In this document: positions 50,729 through 60,689 of the stretch, in pieces | Position numbering within the stretch: position 1 is the stretch's first letter | How the letters are laid out: the number at the start of each line of letters is the position of its first letter | DNA from: an uncultured virus (IMG/VR IMGVR_UViG_3300043434_000674) | Lineage: Duplodnaviria; Heunggongvirae; Uroviricota; Caudoviricetes | DNA: 64,000 bases | Strand: one strand, 5' to 3' | IMG/VR virus record: IMGVR_UViG_3300043434_000674 | Notes under the pieces: generated by a model | What the model saw: only the letters and a program-made list of their open reading frames with translations | The model's database searches: none | Told to the model about the DNA's origin: nothing | Made by a program: the position numbers and the translations under genes

Positions 50729-53017
50729 ATGAAAAAAATATTAGTTACATTATTATTATTAACATCATTTTTAGGGTTCGGACAGAGTGTATCTGCTCCG
50801 GACTCTAAATCATTTACACAATCCACTAATGGACAAGATGCAAGTGGATTCGTATTGAGTGGGTTTAGTTCAACATCAACTTTATTAGCATCAATCAGTT
50901 TAGTAAATCCACCTTCAGGTACAACATTCGTATTAAATACAACAACAGGTTTAACTGCAGCAAGTGGATTTACCTTAAATGGCAATAAAACTCGTTTAGT
51001 GGTATCTGGTACGATGGATAATATCAACACTGCATTATCATCTTTAAAGATAAATACGGGTTCGGTAGTAGGAAGTGTTCAATTATCCATAGCAGCAACT
51101 GTAAACCCTGTTGGTTATTTTTACAATGGTGTTAATGGACACTTTTATAGACCAATATCAAGTGGAGCAACTTATTCTAATGCAAAGTTATTATCATCAC
51201 AACAAACATTCAAAGGTCAGCAAGGATATTTGGTAACAATAACATCTGCTTCGGAAGATGCTTTTATATATGCAAACGTCCCACAAGCTAGTATTTGGTT
51301 TGCATTAACTGATGAATTAACCGAAGGTCAATGGAGAATTGATGCAGGTCCTGAAGCAGGAACTTTAATAAAAACCTCAAACGGACAACTTAGTGGAAAT
51401 ATAGTAGGTCAATATAATAATTGGGCAGGTGGTGAGCCAAATAATAGTGGTAATGAAGATTATGCAGTAACAAAATGGGGAGGTGGGTCTCAATGGAATG
51501 ATTTACCAAATAATTTTAGTTGTGCATATGTAGTTGAATTCGGAACTTGGTCTAATCCAGATGATGCAACATTTACGGAATTTTATACCAATAGTGTATC
51601 TCATTCAAATGGAGAAGTTTTATCTGCAAAATTCAATATTGATTTCGGTGGTAATGTAGATGAAACTAAATTTTCAGCAAAAGGATACACCTACACTAAC
51701 AATAATTGGAATATAGTAAATGGAACTGCTAAACAATTGAGTGGATTAGGTAAAGTAGATTTGACAAGTTTATTAGATACTGCTAAAATATCAAATGGTG
51801 GAGTAAGAGCAACAACTACAACCGGTGGAGTGGAATGGTGTGTAATTTATGATTATGATGTAATTAATCAAAGATATCGAATCGGAATTGATAGTAGGGA
51901 AGTAAATGGGATTTTATCAAATCCATCTACGATTAGTAGTTTACAATTATTTGATTTATGGAACGGACCTGTAACATTTAATTCATATGACCCAAATGGT
52001 TGGACAGAAGTTTATGTTTATACTTCAACTCAATTTAATTTTAGTGGTTCATCATTTGCATCGTTTATTAGGTCAGGTAATGGTGCATATGGATTAAGAG
52101 CAGAATTTACATTTTCACCAATTGAATCATATAAACCACATGGTATCGAATTGATTCCAAATTCACAAACAGAATTAAATACATTATATAGTAATATCGT
52201 AGGTGTATCTGATGTTTACATTGCATTTAAGGAATTAGCAAATGGTGGGTTATTTGGAAACCAAAGTGGATTAGAATTTACATCTGGTCTACAATATATG
52301 AACGCAGATGTGGATGGTAATGGTGTGTTTGATGAATCGGACACATATAAACTTCTTCAACATTTAACAGGTGTTCAACCTCTCACACAATATTCTGCAT
52401 TAACTTATTTGATGAAATTGTATAGTAAATCAGATTATGATGCTATTACAAAATCTAATTGGAATACTCAATTTAATTCAACTCGTAATTTATTCCCATT
52501 CACATTGAGTGGAATGAATAACACCTATAATATGAATGTAACTTGGTTAGGTGATGTAAATCTATCCCATTCAGCACAACAAACTACATCTGTCATTTCA
52601 ACTAATAGTTTGAAAACGATGAGTTTAAGTGTAAATTCAGTTTCTAATCAAATTAACGCATCACTTATGGGTGAAAACGTTGGTGGTAAATTGGTTGTCA
52701 CCATATCAATAGACCCATTACAACAAGAATTAGTTGGAACACAATTTAAGTTAAACTATGATAATACTTCATTGGAATTCCAAAAAATAGAATTCACTAC
52801 AAAAGGTAATCCTACAAATTTTGGAACTGATAAAGGTGATTATATAACTTTAGGTTCGTTGATTACCGATGGTTCAACTTTATTAGATAAGACAACAGAA
52901 TATAAAATAACATTTTTACCAAAAATAGGATTGGGTAGTGTATTGGGATTATCATCAATATCAGCAACAGATGCAGTTAATAAAAGTGGAACACAATTAA
53001 AAATAAAGGTAAACTAA
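50729..53017 (+). CDS. Secreted protein: C-type lectin-like + dockerin/EF-hand-like + cohesin-like domains
   Basis: Signal peptide ending GFGQ; GYLVTITSASE...YNNWAGGEPNN...WNDL; ADVDGNGVFDESD; LVGTQFKLNYDNTSL. Confidence 0.7.
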   Translation: MKKILVTLLLLTSFLGFGQSVSAPDSKSFTQSTNGQDASGFVLSGFSSTSTLLASISLVNPPSGTTFVLNTTTGLTAASGFTLNGNKTRLVVSGTMDNINTALSSLKINTGSVVGSVQLSIAATVNPVGYFYNGVNGHFYRPISSGATYSNAKLLSSQQTFKGQQGYLVTITSASEDAFIYANVPQASIWFALTDELTEGQWRIDAGPEAGTLIKTSNGQLSGNIVGQYNNWAGGEPNNSGNEDYAVTKWGGGSQWNDLPNNFSCAYVVEFGTWSNPDDATFTEFYTNSVSHSNGEVLSAKFNIDFGGNVDETKFSAKGYTYTNNNWNIVNGTAKQLSGLGKVDLTSLLDTAKISNGGVRATTTTGGVEWCVIYDYDVINQRYRIGIDSREVNGILSNPSTISSLQLFDLWNGPVTFNSYDPNGWTEVYVYTSTQFNFSGSSFASFIRSGNGAYGLRAEFTFSPIESYKPHGIELIPNSQTELNTLYSNIVGVSDVYIAFKELANGGLFGNQSGLEFTSGLQYMNADVDGNGVFDESDTYKLLQHLTGVQPLTQYSALTYLMKLYSKSDYDAITKSNWNTQFNSTRNLFPFTLSGMNNTYNMNVTWLGDVNLSHSAQQTTSVISTNSLKTMSLSVNSVSNQINASLMGENVGGKLVVTISIDPLQQELVGTQFKLNYDNTSLEFQKIEFTTKGNPTNFGTDKGDYITLGSLITDGSTLLDKTTEYKITFLPKIGLGSVLGLSSISATDAVNKSGTQLKIKVN

Positions 53018-53361
53018 TGAAAAAAATACTATTTATATGTATAATTTTAATGTGGGGTTGTAGTAAACCAGAAATACCATTTCCAGAAGTTATGGCTAAA
53101 GATGATATATTTAGTGTAACTGAAAGTAATGTTTCAAATGGTCAATCTATACACTTTGATTTACCCACTGCAGGAGTATATTATCTAACTTTAATTGATA
53201 AAGAAAGTGGACAAGTGATAAGTAGAGAAAAATTCACAGGTCAATATGGTGAAAATGTAAAGAAAATATACACTAAATCAATTTCGGTTAAATACTTATA
53301 TTTGTTATTGGAAGATGTTACTAAAAAAGAAATAAGTAAAACAACGATAATAATCAATTAG
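53017..53361 (+). CDS. Lipoprotein with a small Ig-like domain
   Basis: Lipobox MWGC; FDLPTAGVYYLTLID..SGQVIS. Confidence 0.7.
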   Translation: MKKILFICIILMWGCSKPEIPFPEVMAKDDIFSVTESNVSNGQSIHFDLPTAGVYYLTLIDKESGQVISREKFTGQYGENVKKIYTKSISVKYLYLLLEDVTKKEISKTTIIIN

Positions 53362-53369
53362 GAGAACCG

Positions 53370-53738
53370 ATGAAAAAAATATTTATATTAGTATTATTTA
53401 CTACTTTATTAGTAGGATGTAGTAAAGAAGATTTCATACCAATGCCGGAATCTGCATCCGAAGAACTTAAAATGACAAGTTCAGTAGGTATTAAATTACA
53501 AACACCATTTGTAACTTCTGAAGTTGCAATGAATGTGAAAACTGAAACGGCAGGTTCGGTAACAATAAAAATATTTGATATTGCTAACAGAGTAGTATCT
53601 AAAGAAACTATGAATGTAGTAGCAGGAGATAATGTGCTTAAAGTATATACAACTGCATTACCATCATCTGCATATAGAATTGGATTATTCGATGCAAGTG
53701 GTAAACAATTAGGGGTTACGGATTTTAACAAACTATAA
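53370..53738 (+). CDS. Lipoprotein with a T9SS C-terminal-domain-like / FlgD Ig-like fold
   Basis: Lipobox LVGC; VTIKIFDIANRVV...G.N......LPSSAYRI. Confidence 0.7.
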   Translation: MKKIFILVLFTTLLVGCSKEDFIPMPESASEELKMTSSVGIKLQTPFVTSEVAMNVKTETAGSVTIKIFDIANRVVSKETMNVVAGDNVLKVYTTALPSSAYRIGLFDASGKQLGVTDFNKL

Positions 53739-53761
53739 TTTAAAAATGAAGGAATAAAATT

Positions 53762-54616
53762 ATGTTACTAAAAAAAGGAGATAATAACGAGAATGTAAAA
53801 TTATTACAAACAAAACTCGGATTAGAACCAGTAGGTAATTTCGGACCAAAAACCGAAGAAGCTGTAAAAGCATTTCAAAAGAAAAATGGATTAACTGCAG
53901 ATGGTATTGTAGGTGATGGGACGTGGGGTAAGATTATGGGAACAACTCCTACACCGCAACCAATCGTAGCAACTCCACAACCCGTAGTATCAACTCCAAC
54001 CCCGCAAGTTGCAGGATTGAAATTGGATAAACTTAAAGGACACGTTCCTCAAATAGTAATAGATTCAATTCCAGAAGTTGCAATTAAGTTTGGAATCAAT
54101 ACTCCATTAAGAGTTGCACATTTTTTAGCACAATGTGGACATGAGAGTGGTGGATTCAAAGTAACATCTGAAAATCTAAATTATTCGGCAAAGGGATTGA
54201 GAGGTATCTTTAAAAAATATTTCCCAACTGATGCAATTGCAAATGCATATCAACGAAATCCACAAAAGATTGCAAACAAAGTTTATGCAAATCGTATGGC
54301 AAATGGTTCGGAAGCAAGTGGAGATGGATACAAATTCAGAGGTAGGGGATATATCCAATTGACAGGCAAAGAAAACTATACTGCATTCGGTAAATCAATC
54401 GGTGTAGATATTCCAAACAACCCAGATTTAGTAGCCTCTAAATATGCATTAGCATCAGCAGCATGGTTCTTTTCTAAGAACGGATTACATAAGATTGCAG
54501 ATGAAGGTGCAAGTGATGTAGTTGTAACTAAAATCACAAAAAGAGTAAATGGTGGAACAATTGGTTTACCAGATAGAATTAAACATTTCAAAGAATATTA
54601 TCATTTATTAGCATAA
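53762..54616 (+). CDS. Endolysin: peptidoglycan-binding domain + GH19 (chitinase-like) domain
   Basis: AVKAFQKKNGLTADGIVG; HFLAQCGHESG, ENLNYS, FRGRGYIQLTG, VNGG.IGL.DR. Confidence 0.92.
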   Translation: MLLKKGDNNENVKLLQTKLGLEPVGNFGPKTEEAVKAFQKKNGLTADGIVGDGTWGKIMGTTPTPQPIVATPQPVVSTPTPQVAGLKLDKLKGHVPQIVIDSIPEVAIKFGINTPLRVAHFLAQCGHESGGFKVTSENLNYSAKGLRGIFKKYFPTDAIANAYQRNPQKIANKVYANRMANGSEASGDGYKFRGRGYIQLTGKENYTAFGKSIGVDIPNNPDLVASKYALASAAWFFSKNGLHKIADEGASDVVVTKITKRVNGGTIGLPDRIKHFKEYYHLLA

Positions 54617-54629
54617 GGAGAAAATCAAA

Positions 54630-54935
54630 ATGGCAGAAGAAAAAGAAGAATCAGCAGGAACATCAATTAAAAGTATTTTAATTGGATTAGTAAGCACAAT
54701 TACATTAGGTGTAGGTGGGTTTATCACTAACAAATTAACAGGCGAAGGTGATGCAGAACCAGCTCCGGTACAACAAGCAGCACCGGTAATTAACATTACA
54801 CAAAATCAAACACAACAACAATCTGCTGGAAAGACAGTGATTATCAAAGAAAAAGCAGTTCCTGCATCTAGCGGTTCACAACCACAACCACAGGCAAAAC
54901 CAAAGCCAAAAGAAAAAGAAGATGAGGAGTGGTAG
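54630..54935 (+). CDS. Single-pass membrane protein with a Pro/Gln-rich tail
   Basis: TM ILIGLVSTITLGVGGFI; follows the endolysin. Confidence 0.65.
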   Translation: MAEEKEESAGTSIKSILIGLVSTITLGVGGFITNKLTGEGDAEPAPVQQAAPVINITQNQTQQQSAGKTVIIKEKAVPASSGSQPQPQAKPKPKEKEDEEW

Positions 54936-55009
54936 AAAATAAAAAATAAAGGTTGTATTAATTGTTTCATAGAGGAGTTATGGTAAACCAAAAAAAGGAG
55001 AAACAAATA

Positions 55010-55267
55010 ATGGCATTTAAAGACATTTTTAAAGACAACAATGAATATAACGAAAAATCAATCGTTGGATTCGCATCATTCGCAGTAATGGTAGTATTTG
55101 CAGCTGCAGATATAGTAACGGGTATTATGGGACAGACATTGGAAATTAGTGATACTATTTTCAATTCATTTGTAATAATCACATTAGGTTCATTTGGTAT
55201 CGCTGAGGCTGGTAAAGTTTTTGGTGGTAAAAAAGAATCCGATTCTAATGAAGAAGAATTAGGATAA
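55010..55267 (+). CDS. Two-TM membrane protein, putative holin
   Basis: Two hydrophobic helices, charged tail, near the endolysin; AAGGAG before ATG 55010. Confidence 0.55.
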   Translation: MAFKDIFKDNNEYNEKSIVGFASFAVMVVFAAADIVTGIMGQTLEISDTIFNSFVIITLGSFGIAEAGKVFGGKKESDSNEEELG

Positions 55268-55272
55268 TTAAT

Positions 55273-55503
55273 ATGAAAACGTTACTACAATATTGGAAAG
55301 ACAACCAGCAATGGTTGGCTTTCTTGTTAATGATAATATATCTAAATGGGTTTTTTATTATTTTAGAAGAACAAATGAGAACTATATATTGGTTACCAAT
55401 TATATGGTTAGTTCAATTTTTTGGATTGGCTGGTTGGTATTCATATGTTGCTAATAAAAAAGGTTGGAAACTTCCTAAAGATATAAAAGATACACATAGT
55501 TAA
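55273..55503 (+). CDS. Small two-TM membrane protein
   Basis: 76 aa, hydrophobic. Confidence 0.6.
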   Translation: MKTLLQYWKDNQQWLAFLLMIIYLNGFFIILEEQMRTIYWLPIIWLVQFFGLAGWYSYVANKKGWKLPKDIKDTHS

Positions 55504-55519
55504 GAATAAAGGATACTAC

Positions 55520-56236
55520 ATGAAAAAACTTATATTAGTAATAGTATGCATACTATTTACTCAAATCACATTTGCACAGATTGGGACTATTAAAGCAGAA
55601 AAATATCAATCAGAGTTTGAGAAGAAACAATCAATTGAAGATGTTTCGGATTATGATGGTAAACCAATCCCAATTGCTCTCTTAAACATTTCCGCAACAG
55701 ATGAAGTATATCAAATGTGGCCAGATTTAAAAGATGCTAGAATTGGATTAGGTGTAACTAATATGGTAATTGAGTATTTAGAATATACTAACAGATTTCA
55801 ATTCGTAGAAGAAAAATCTGAAATTAAAAACAGAATGAAAGACCAATGGAAAGCATCTAAGAAAGGTGTATCCGAAAATGAGGTTTATGGGTTTGGTAAA
55901 ATCAAATTAGCAAATTATTTTGTCACAATTGAAATTTATGATTTTTCAGTATCAGAGGATGAAGTTCTTTCTTTAAAGGAAGGTTCTAAACAAACTCAAA
56001 CAACTCGTTTAGGTCTTCAGGTTCGTTTCACTAATGCAATTGATGGAACTTATTTCGTAGGTTCTGGATTAGGTGAAGCAAATACAGTCAAAACTCAAGA
56101 AGGATTATTGGGGTTAGATGTTGAAGAAATTAAATTTAGACAATCTGCAATCGGAGTAACTACTCGTAAAGCATTAGAAACTGCATCTGCACGCATTGTA
56201 AGTAGATTAATTAAAAAAGGTGTATTTCCTAACTAA
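55520..56236 (+). CDS. CsgG / curli-assembly-like exported protein
   Basis: Signal peptide; L..TNRFQFVE, ANYFVTIEIYDF, LQVRFTNA.DG. Confidence 0.7.
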   Translation: MKKLILVIVCILFTQITFAQIGTIKAEKYQSEFEKKQSIEDVSDYDGKPIPIALLNISATDEVYQMWPDLKDARIGLGVTNMVIEYLEYTNRFQFVEEKSEIKNRMKDQWKASKKGVSENEVYGFGKIKLANYFVTIEIYDFSVSEDEVLSLKEGSKQTQTTRLGLQVRFTNAIDGTYFVGSGLGEANTVKTQEGLLGLDVEEIKFRQSAIGVTTRKALETASARIVSRLIKKGVFPN

Positions 56237-56238
56237 AT

Positions 56239-57672
56239 GTGATAAAAAAATTATTATTCATATTACTACTAACCTTCATAGGTTTGAGTGGATACGGTCA
56301 AACTACGTTCACTCAAACCTTTGTTGATAGATGCACGGGTGATGTAAAGGTAGTTACGGCAACATTTGTAAATGGTAGAGCAACCGTTGCATTTTATAAT
56401 CGAATTAGAGTATTTACTCAACAAGAAGTTACAAACGGAACACTTCAAATGTGGTTAACCGAAACTTATAATTGGTGGTATGCACTTTCACCATGTTCGG
56501 TTGCAACTCAACAAGCACAACAAGCCCAACAAACTGCACAACAAGCACAACAAGCAGCTCAAACCGCATCTCAAGCAGCATCACAGGCTGCAAGTGCTGC
56601 ATCTCAAGCAGCATCTGCAACTTCAAACATTCCATCAGTTCCGGTAGTTAATACACCACCACCTCCACCACCTGCAAGTAATAGTTCTTCACCACCTCCT
56701 GCACAAAGTGGGGGTAGTTCATCATCTTCATCAAGTAGTAGTTCTTCTTCATCTTCGTCACAAAGTGAGGGTAATTCTTCTTCATCTTCGTCACAAAGTG
56801 AGGGTAGTTCATCTTCAAAATCGGAAACGAAGAGTGAAACTAAATCCGAATCTAAATCAGAAAGTAAATCTGAAAGTAAGAGTGAGGAAAAGAAAGAAGA
56901 ATCTAAATCGGAAACTAAAGAAGAAAAAAAGGAAGAGAAAAAAGAGGAAACTAAGGAAGAGAAAAAGAAAGAAGACGATAAGAAAAAAGAAGATAAGAAA
57001 AAAGAAAAACAACAAAAACGTGCATCTGCACCACCAATGATGGTAAGTGGTGATATGATTGGTATGCAAAGTTTAACAGGTGGAATCGATGCAGTTCTTT
57101 CCGTTGGGGTATCTAAATCATCAATATTTGGTGATAGAAGTTATAACGCAGGAACAATGATTTGGTCTAACCTAAGACAATTCAGTTTATCCGCATCAAC
57201 TGCTAAAATTTATATGACATCTGATTATAAAGTAAGTGGGATTGAATCTATTTCAGCATCATACTCAAACAATTTCGGCACAAATGCAACATCGATATCA
57301 ATGAGTTGGATAGAACCAATGAGTGGTAGAAAAGGAACATTTGGTATTGGATTCAATGGTTCTGCAGTATGGGGTGAAATGTTGGATTATGGAACATATA
57401 CAATTGGTTGGAATGCATTATACACAAACTCATTTAAAGTAGGAAAGAACATAACATATTCTCCAGCTTTTATCGTAACCAACACACCCGTTAACGCAGT
57501 AAATCAAATGCAAGAATTTAATGGAGATGTTATGTTTATATCATCAAACGGGTTTACTATACAATTAACCAAACGTTTTATAGTAAATTTCAATTGGACG
57601 GGTATAAAATCCACAAATGAAATGTTACCATTGATAAATTCATTTATTATTGGATCAAAAATTAATTTATAA
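56239..57672 (+). CDS. Exported protein with a long low-complexity linker and a C-terminal putative outer-membrane beta-barrel
   Basis: Signal peptide; AQQ, poly-P, poly-S and E/K tracts; about 215-aa amphipathic beta-rich C-terminus. Confidence 0.65.
   Translation: MIKKLLFILLLTFIGLSGYGQTTFTQTFVDRCTGDVKVVTATFVNGRATVAFYNRIRVFTQQEVTNGTLQMWLTETYNWWYALSPCSVATQQAQQAQQTAQQAQQAAQTASQAASQAASAASQAASATSNIPSVPVVNTPPPPPPASNSSSPPPAQSGGSSSSSSSSSSSSSSSQSEGNSSSSSSQSEGSSSSKSETKSETKSESKSESKSESKSEEKKEESKSETKEEKKEEKKEETKEEKKKEDDKKKEDKKKEKQQKRASAPPMMVSGDMIGMQSLTGGIDAVLSVGVSKSSIFGDRSYNAGTMIWSNLRQFSLSASTAKIYMTSDYKVSGIESISASYSNNFGTNATSISMSWIEPMSGRKGTFGIGFNGSAVWGEMLDYGTYTIGWNALYTNSFKVGKNITYSPAFIVTNTPVNAVNQMQEFNGDVMFISSNGFTIQLTKRFIVNFNWTGIKSTNEMLPLINSFIIGSKINL
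56742..56806 (+). repeat. In-frame 33-nt tandem duplication
   Basis: TTCTTCTTCATCTTCGTCACAAAGTGAGGGTA at 56742-56773 and 56775-56806. Confidence 0.9.
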
Positions 57673-57703
57673 TATACTTAAATAAAAGATAGTTACGTTT
57701 ATA

Positions 57704-58510
57704 ATGAAAAAAGCAATATTTTTAGGAGCATCAAATACACATGGGGTTGGGTTACATTGGTTTAGAGATGTATATGAATTTGAAGAAAATATAGATTTCC
57801 GATTTCCATTCGACCCTAGCATCGAAGATACCATATTCATAGAAGAAAATCGATTTTCAAAACAACTTTCAAAATATTTAAATGTTGAAGAAATAAATCT
57901 CTCTAGAGCAGGTGGTTCTCCTGCAGAAGCGTTATATTTACTTTCACAAGAAGATTTATCTGATGTTGAATACATAGTATTTGAATTATCTGGCATTTAC
58001 AACTACTTTGATAGATTTTTTCATGCTAATTCTACTGCATCAGAAAAAATACCAAGAACACCATCTGAAATTGAATCATTTTTAACTAATAATAAAAATG
58101 ATAATACCGAAATAAAAAACAAAATTATCGAATGGATTATAAACTATAATCCGCGTGAATTTATGAATGCAGTTTTTATAAAACTCAACGATTTTATAAA
58201 TGCAAATTCACATATAAAATTTTCAATACTAATTTGGAGAGATGTTTTAGATTTTACCAATATAAATTTACAATTTTTAGAAAAACATATTGTAAAATTT
58301 CCTCTACTAAACGATGAAACTAATATTTTAGTTGAAAAATATTTAATTGAAAATAAAAACATAATTCATGATGAATTTAAGTGGATTGATAAATTTCCAT
58401 TACCACCAACTATGAAAGAATTACACCCATCGTTAAATGGCCATAATAAAATATTTGAAATACTAAAAAGTTACATAGATGAAAGAAACACTCTTAATAA
58501 TTGGAGATAG
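57704..58510 (+). CDS. SGNH/GDSL-like protein
   Basis: GASNTHG, AGGS, HPSLNGH. Confidence 0.6.
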   Translation: MKKAIFLGASNTHGVGLHWFRDVYEFEENIDFRFPFDPSIEDTIFIEENRFSKQLSKYLNVEEINLSRAGGSPAEALYLLSQEDLSDVEYIVFELSGIYNYFDRFFHANSTASEKIPRTPSEIESFLTNNKNDNTEIKNKIIEWIINYNPREFMNAVFIKLNDFINANSHIKFSILIWRDVLDFTNINLQFLEKHIVKFPLLNDETNILVEKYLIENKNIIHDEFKWIDKFPLPPTMKELHPSLNGHNKIFEILKSYIDERNTLNNWR

Positions 58511-59048
58511 TTTTGCTGCTGATTGGAGTAGTAAATCAAACTCGTTGGGTTGGGTAAATAAATTAGAATTTGATTACGATGTAACTAATTTAGCACAAGC
58601 AGGAGTTAGTGAATATAAATTGTATTTACAATTACAATCGGTGAATCCCAAAAACTATGACCATATAATTGTATCACATACATCAGCATACAGAATACCA
58701 ATCGAAGAACATCCTATTCATAAGGGTGATTCACTTCATAATGATTGTGATATTATCTTTTCAGATGTCAAAGAACATTTAGAAAATCCAATAATGAAAA
58801 CTGCATATGATTTTTATTCTGAAATATTTTACGCAGATTATTTTGTATTTATTAATGATTTGATTTTTGATAAGATATACAAAGAAATCCCATCAGCAAC
58901 ACATATAACCTTCTTTGATTCATTTTATTCAGATAAAGTAATCAAATTCGAAGAAATATTTTTAAAACATCGAGGCTATACCAATCATTTAACTGATAAA
59001 GGTAATGAATATATCTACGATAATATTAAAAAATTGTTAGGTAAATAA
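58479..59048 (+). CDS. SGNH/GDSL-like protein
   Basis: IIGDSFA, NLAQAGVS, NHLT.KGN. Confidence 0.6.
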   Translation: MKETLLIIGDSFAADWSSKSNSLGWVNKLEFDYDVTNLAQAGVSEYKLYLQLQSVNPKNYDHIIVSHTSAYRIPIEEHPIHKGDSLHNDCDIIFSDVKEHLENPIMKTAYDFYSEIFYADYFVFINDLIFDKIYKEIPSATHITFFDSFYSDKVIKFEEIFLKHRGYTNHLTDKGNEYIYDNIKKLLGK

Positions 59049-59112
59049 ACCTATAAATAAACATTTCTATATTTATATAAGTTAAAATATAGAGAATACA
59101 AAGGAACAAATT

Positions 59113-60363
59113 ATGAAGTTATCACAAGTAAAATCGGCAATAAAAGAAACAATTAGAGAAAAATTTAAACAATCTCTAACAGAAGCATCATATAACTTAG
59201 GTAGTGAGCAATATACTAAGAGAAATATGACACCAGTTCAAATATTAGATTTGGCAATGGCATATGCAAAAGTACCAGGTAAAGGTAATCCTATGTATGG
59301 TAAGAAAATGCAAAAGATGATAGTTGTTGCTAATGATTTGGCTAGATTAAACGGAACTATTCAACAAGACCATAGAATTCGTACTAAAGAACCTGCACTT
59401 ATATTAAGTTTGTTGAAAAATAAATTAGTTTCCAAAGAAGAATACGTTGAATTATATAACAATTTACTACAAAAACAAATTAGTGTGATTGCTGCTTTGA
59501 AAAACGCAGACCCCGCATCAAGAATAGTGGGTGGTGCTGCAGCAAGACAAGCACACAAAGATATGAAGGGTGAGTTTGAAGAATCCGTAAACGAAGTAAA
59601 ATATCCAACTGATTTAAAAATAGGTTCGGTTATTAAAGGACAAGGGTTTACTCGTTTAAAAGGAATTGATGGTGGTAAATACTATAAGATTGTTGATATG
59701 GATGATACCACTGCAACATTGACTAGAACTGACCCATCAGGAAAAGTAAGTTCACCAACTAAAGTTAGACATAAATTAGATTCAATCGAAGCCGGTATCA
59801 AAACTGCTAAGAGAGGTGATGAAAACGGAATCGTTGTAATCAAAGAATCAGTAAACGAATCATTAAAACATCTGATTCACGTAGAAACTCCCAAAGAAAT
59901 TTTATCAAAAGATGTTGCAAAACAAATTATGACATTAGCCAAAAAAGGTGTTCGTTCATCTGAAATTGGATTGAATATGGGATTCATTGGTAATAATACC
60001 GCAGCAGTTAATTCATTTCAAAAAGTTAAAAATCAAATATATTTTTCATTAGATAAAAGAAACGAATCAGTAAACGAAGCATTCCAAAAAGGTAAAACTT
60101 ATGGTGGAACTAAATGTGAAGGTGGGTGTTTCATTGGTAAACAAGGTTTGATGAAAATAATTAAAATCTCAAAAGAAAATCCAACGGATGTATTCATATT
60201 TAGAGATGATAATTACTCTGGACTACAACCACATTTTATTAAGAATGGTGTAATTGCAAAAGCAAACACAATAGGTAATCCATCTTACGATTTAGAAAAG
60301 CATAAAATAAATAATTTAAAAATCGGTAATGATGTAATTCTTTCCGTAAGAATATTTGTCTAA
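59113..60363 (+). CDS. Modular protein with three ESVNE motifs; putative capsid-internal (ejection) protein
   Basis: ESVNE at aa 157, 245 and 318; leader ends SLTE. Confidence 0.6.
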   Translation: MKLSQVKSAIKETIREKFKQSLTEASYNLGSEQYTKRNMTPVQILDLAMAYAKVPGKGNPMYGKKMQKMIVVANDLARLNGTIQQDHRIRTKEPALILSLLKNKLVSKEEYVELYNNLLQKQISVIAALKNADPASRIVGGAAARQAHKDMKGEFEESVNEVKYPTDLKIGSVIKGQGFTRLKGIDGGKYYKIVDMDDTTATLTRTDPSGKVSSPTKVRHKLDSIEAGIKTAKRGDENGIVVIKESVNESLKHLIHVETPKEILSKDVAKQIMTLAKKGVRSSEIGLNMGFIGNNTAAVNSFQKVKNQIYFSLDKRNESVNEAFQKGKTYGGTKCEGGCFIGKQGLMKIIKISKENPTDVFIFRDDNYSGLQPHFIKNGVIAKANTIGNPSYDLEKHKINNLKIGNDVILSVRIFV

Positions 60364-60378
60364 TTAAGTAATATTAAA

Positions 60379-60678
60379 ATGATAAGTTTAAGAAATATAA
60401 TGAGTAAAAATAAGTGGGAAGGTAAGAATATCGAATTAGGTAAAGTATATTCGAATCCATACCATACCGCATTTAAACCATTGAAAGAAGAGGAAGACCA
60501 TGAAGTATTTATGGGACACTCTCTTTTAGATGATATTATAAAAAACGCAACAGAGTTAAAAGAAAAAATAGGAGAAACGGAAACAGATATCCCCGCATGG
60601 ATACAAGACCATATATCCCAGTCACAAAATTTTATTAACCAAGCCAATACAGGTTACTATGATAATAACTCCAAATAA
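60379..60678 (+). CDS. Hypothetical protein, possibly head-associated
   Basis: MISLRNIM leader; LKEEEDHEV...IPAWIQDHI. Confidence 0.6.
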   Translation: MISLRNIMSKNKWEGKNIELGKVYSNPYHTAFKPLKEEEDHEVFMGHSLLDDIIKNATELKEKIGETETDIPAWIQDHISQSQNFINQANTGYYDNNSK

Positions 60679-60689
60679 GTGGGTTAGAT

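Noticed and set aside
54962..55012. Dual-start holin/antiholin (ATG 54980 versus 55010)
   Set aside because: The upstream GAGGAG is only 2 nt from ATG 54980, and the holin call itself is tentative
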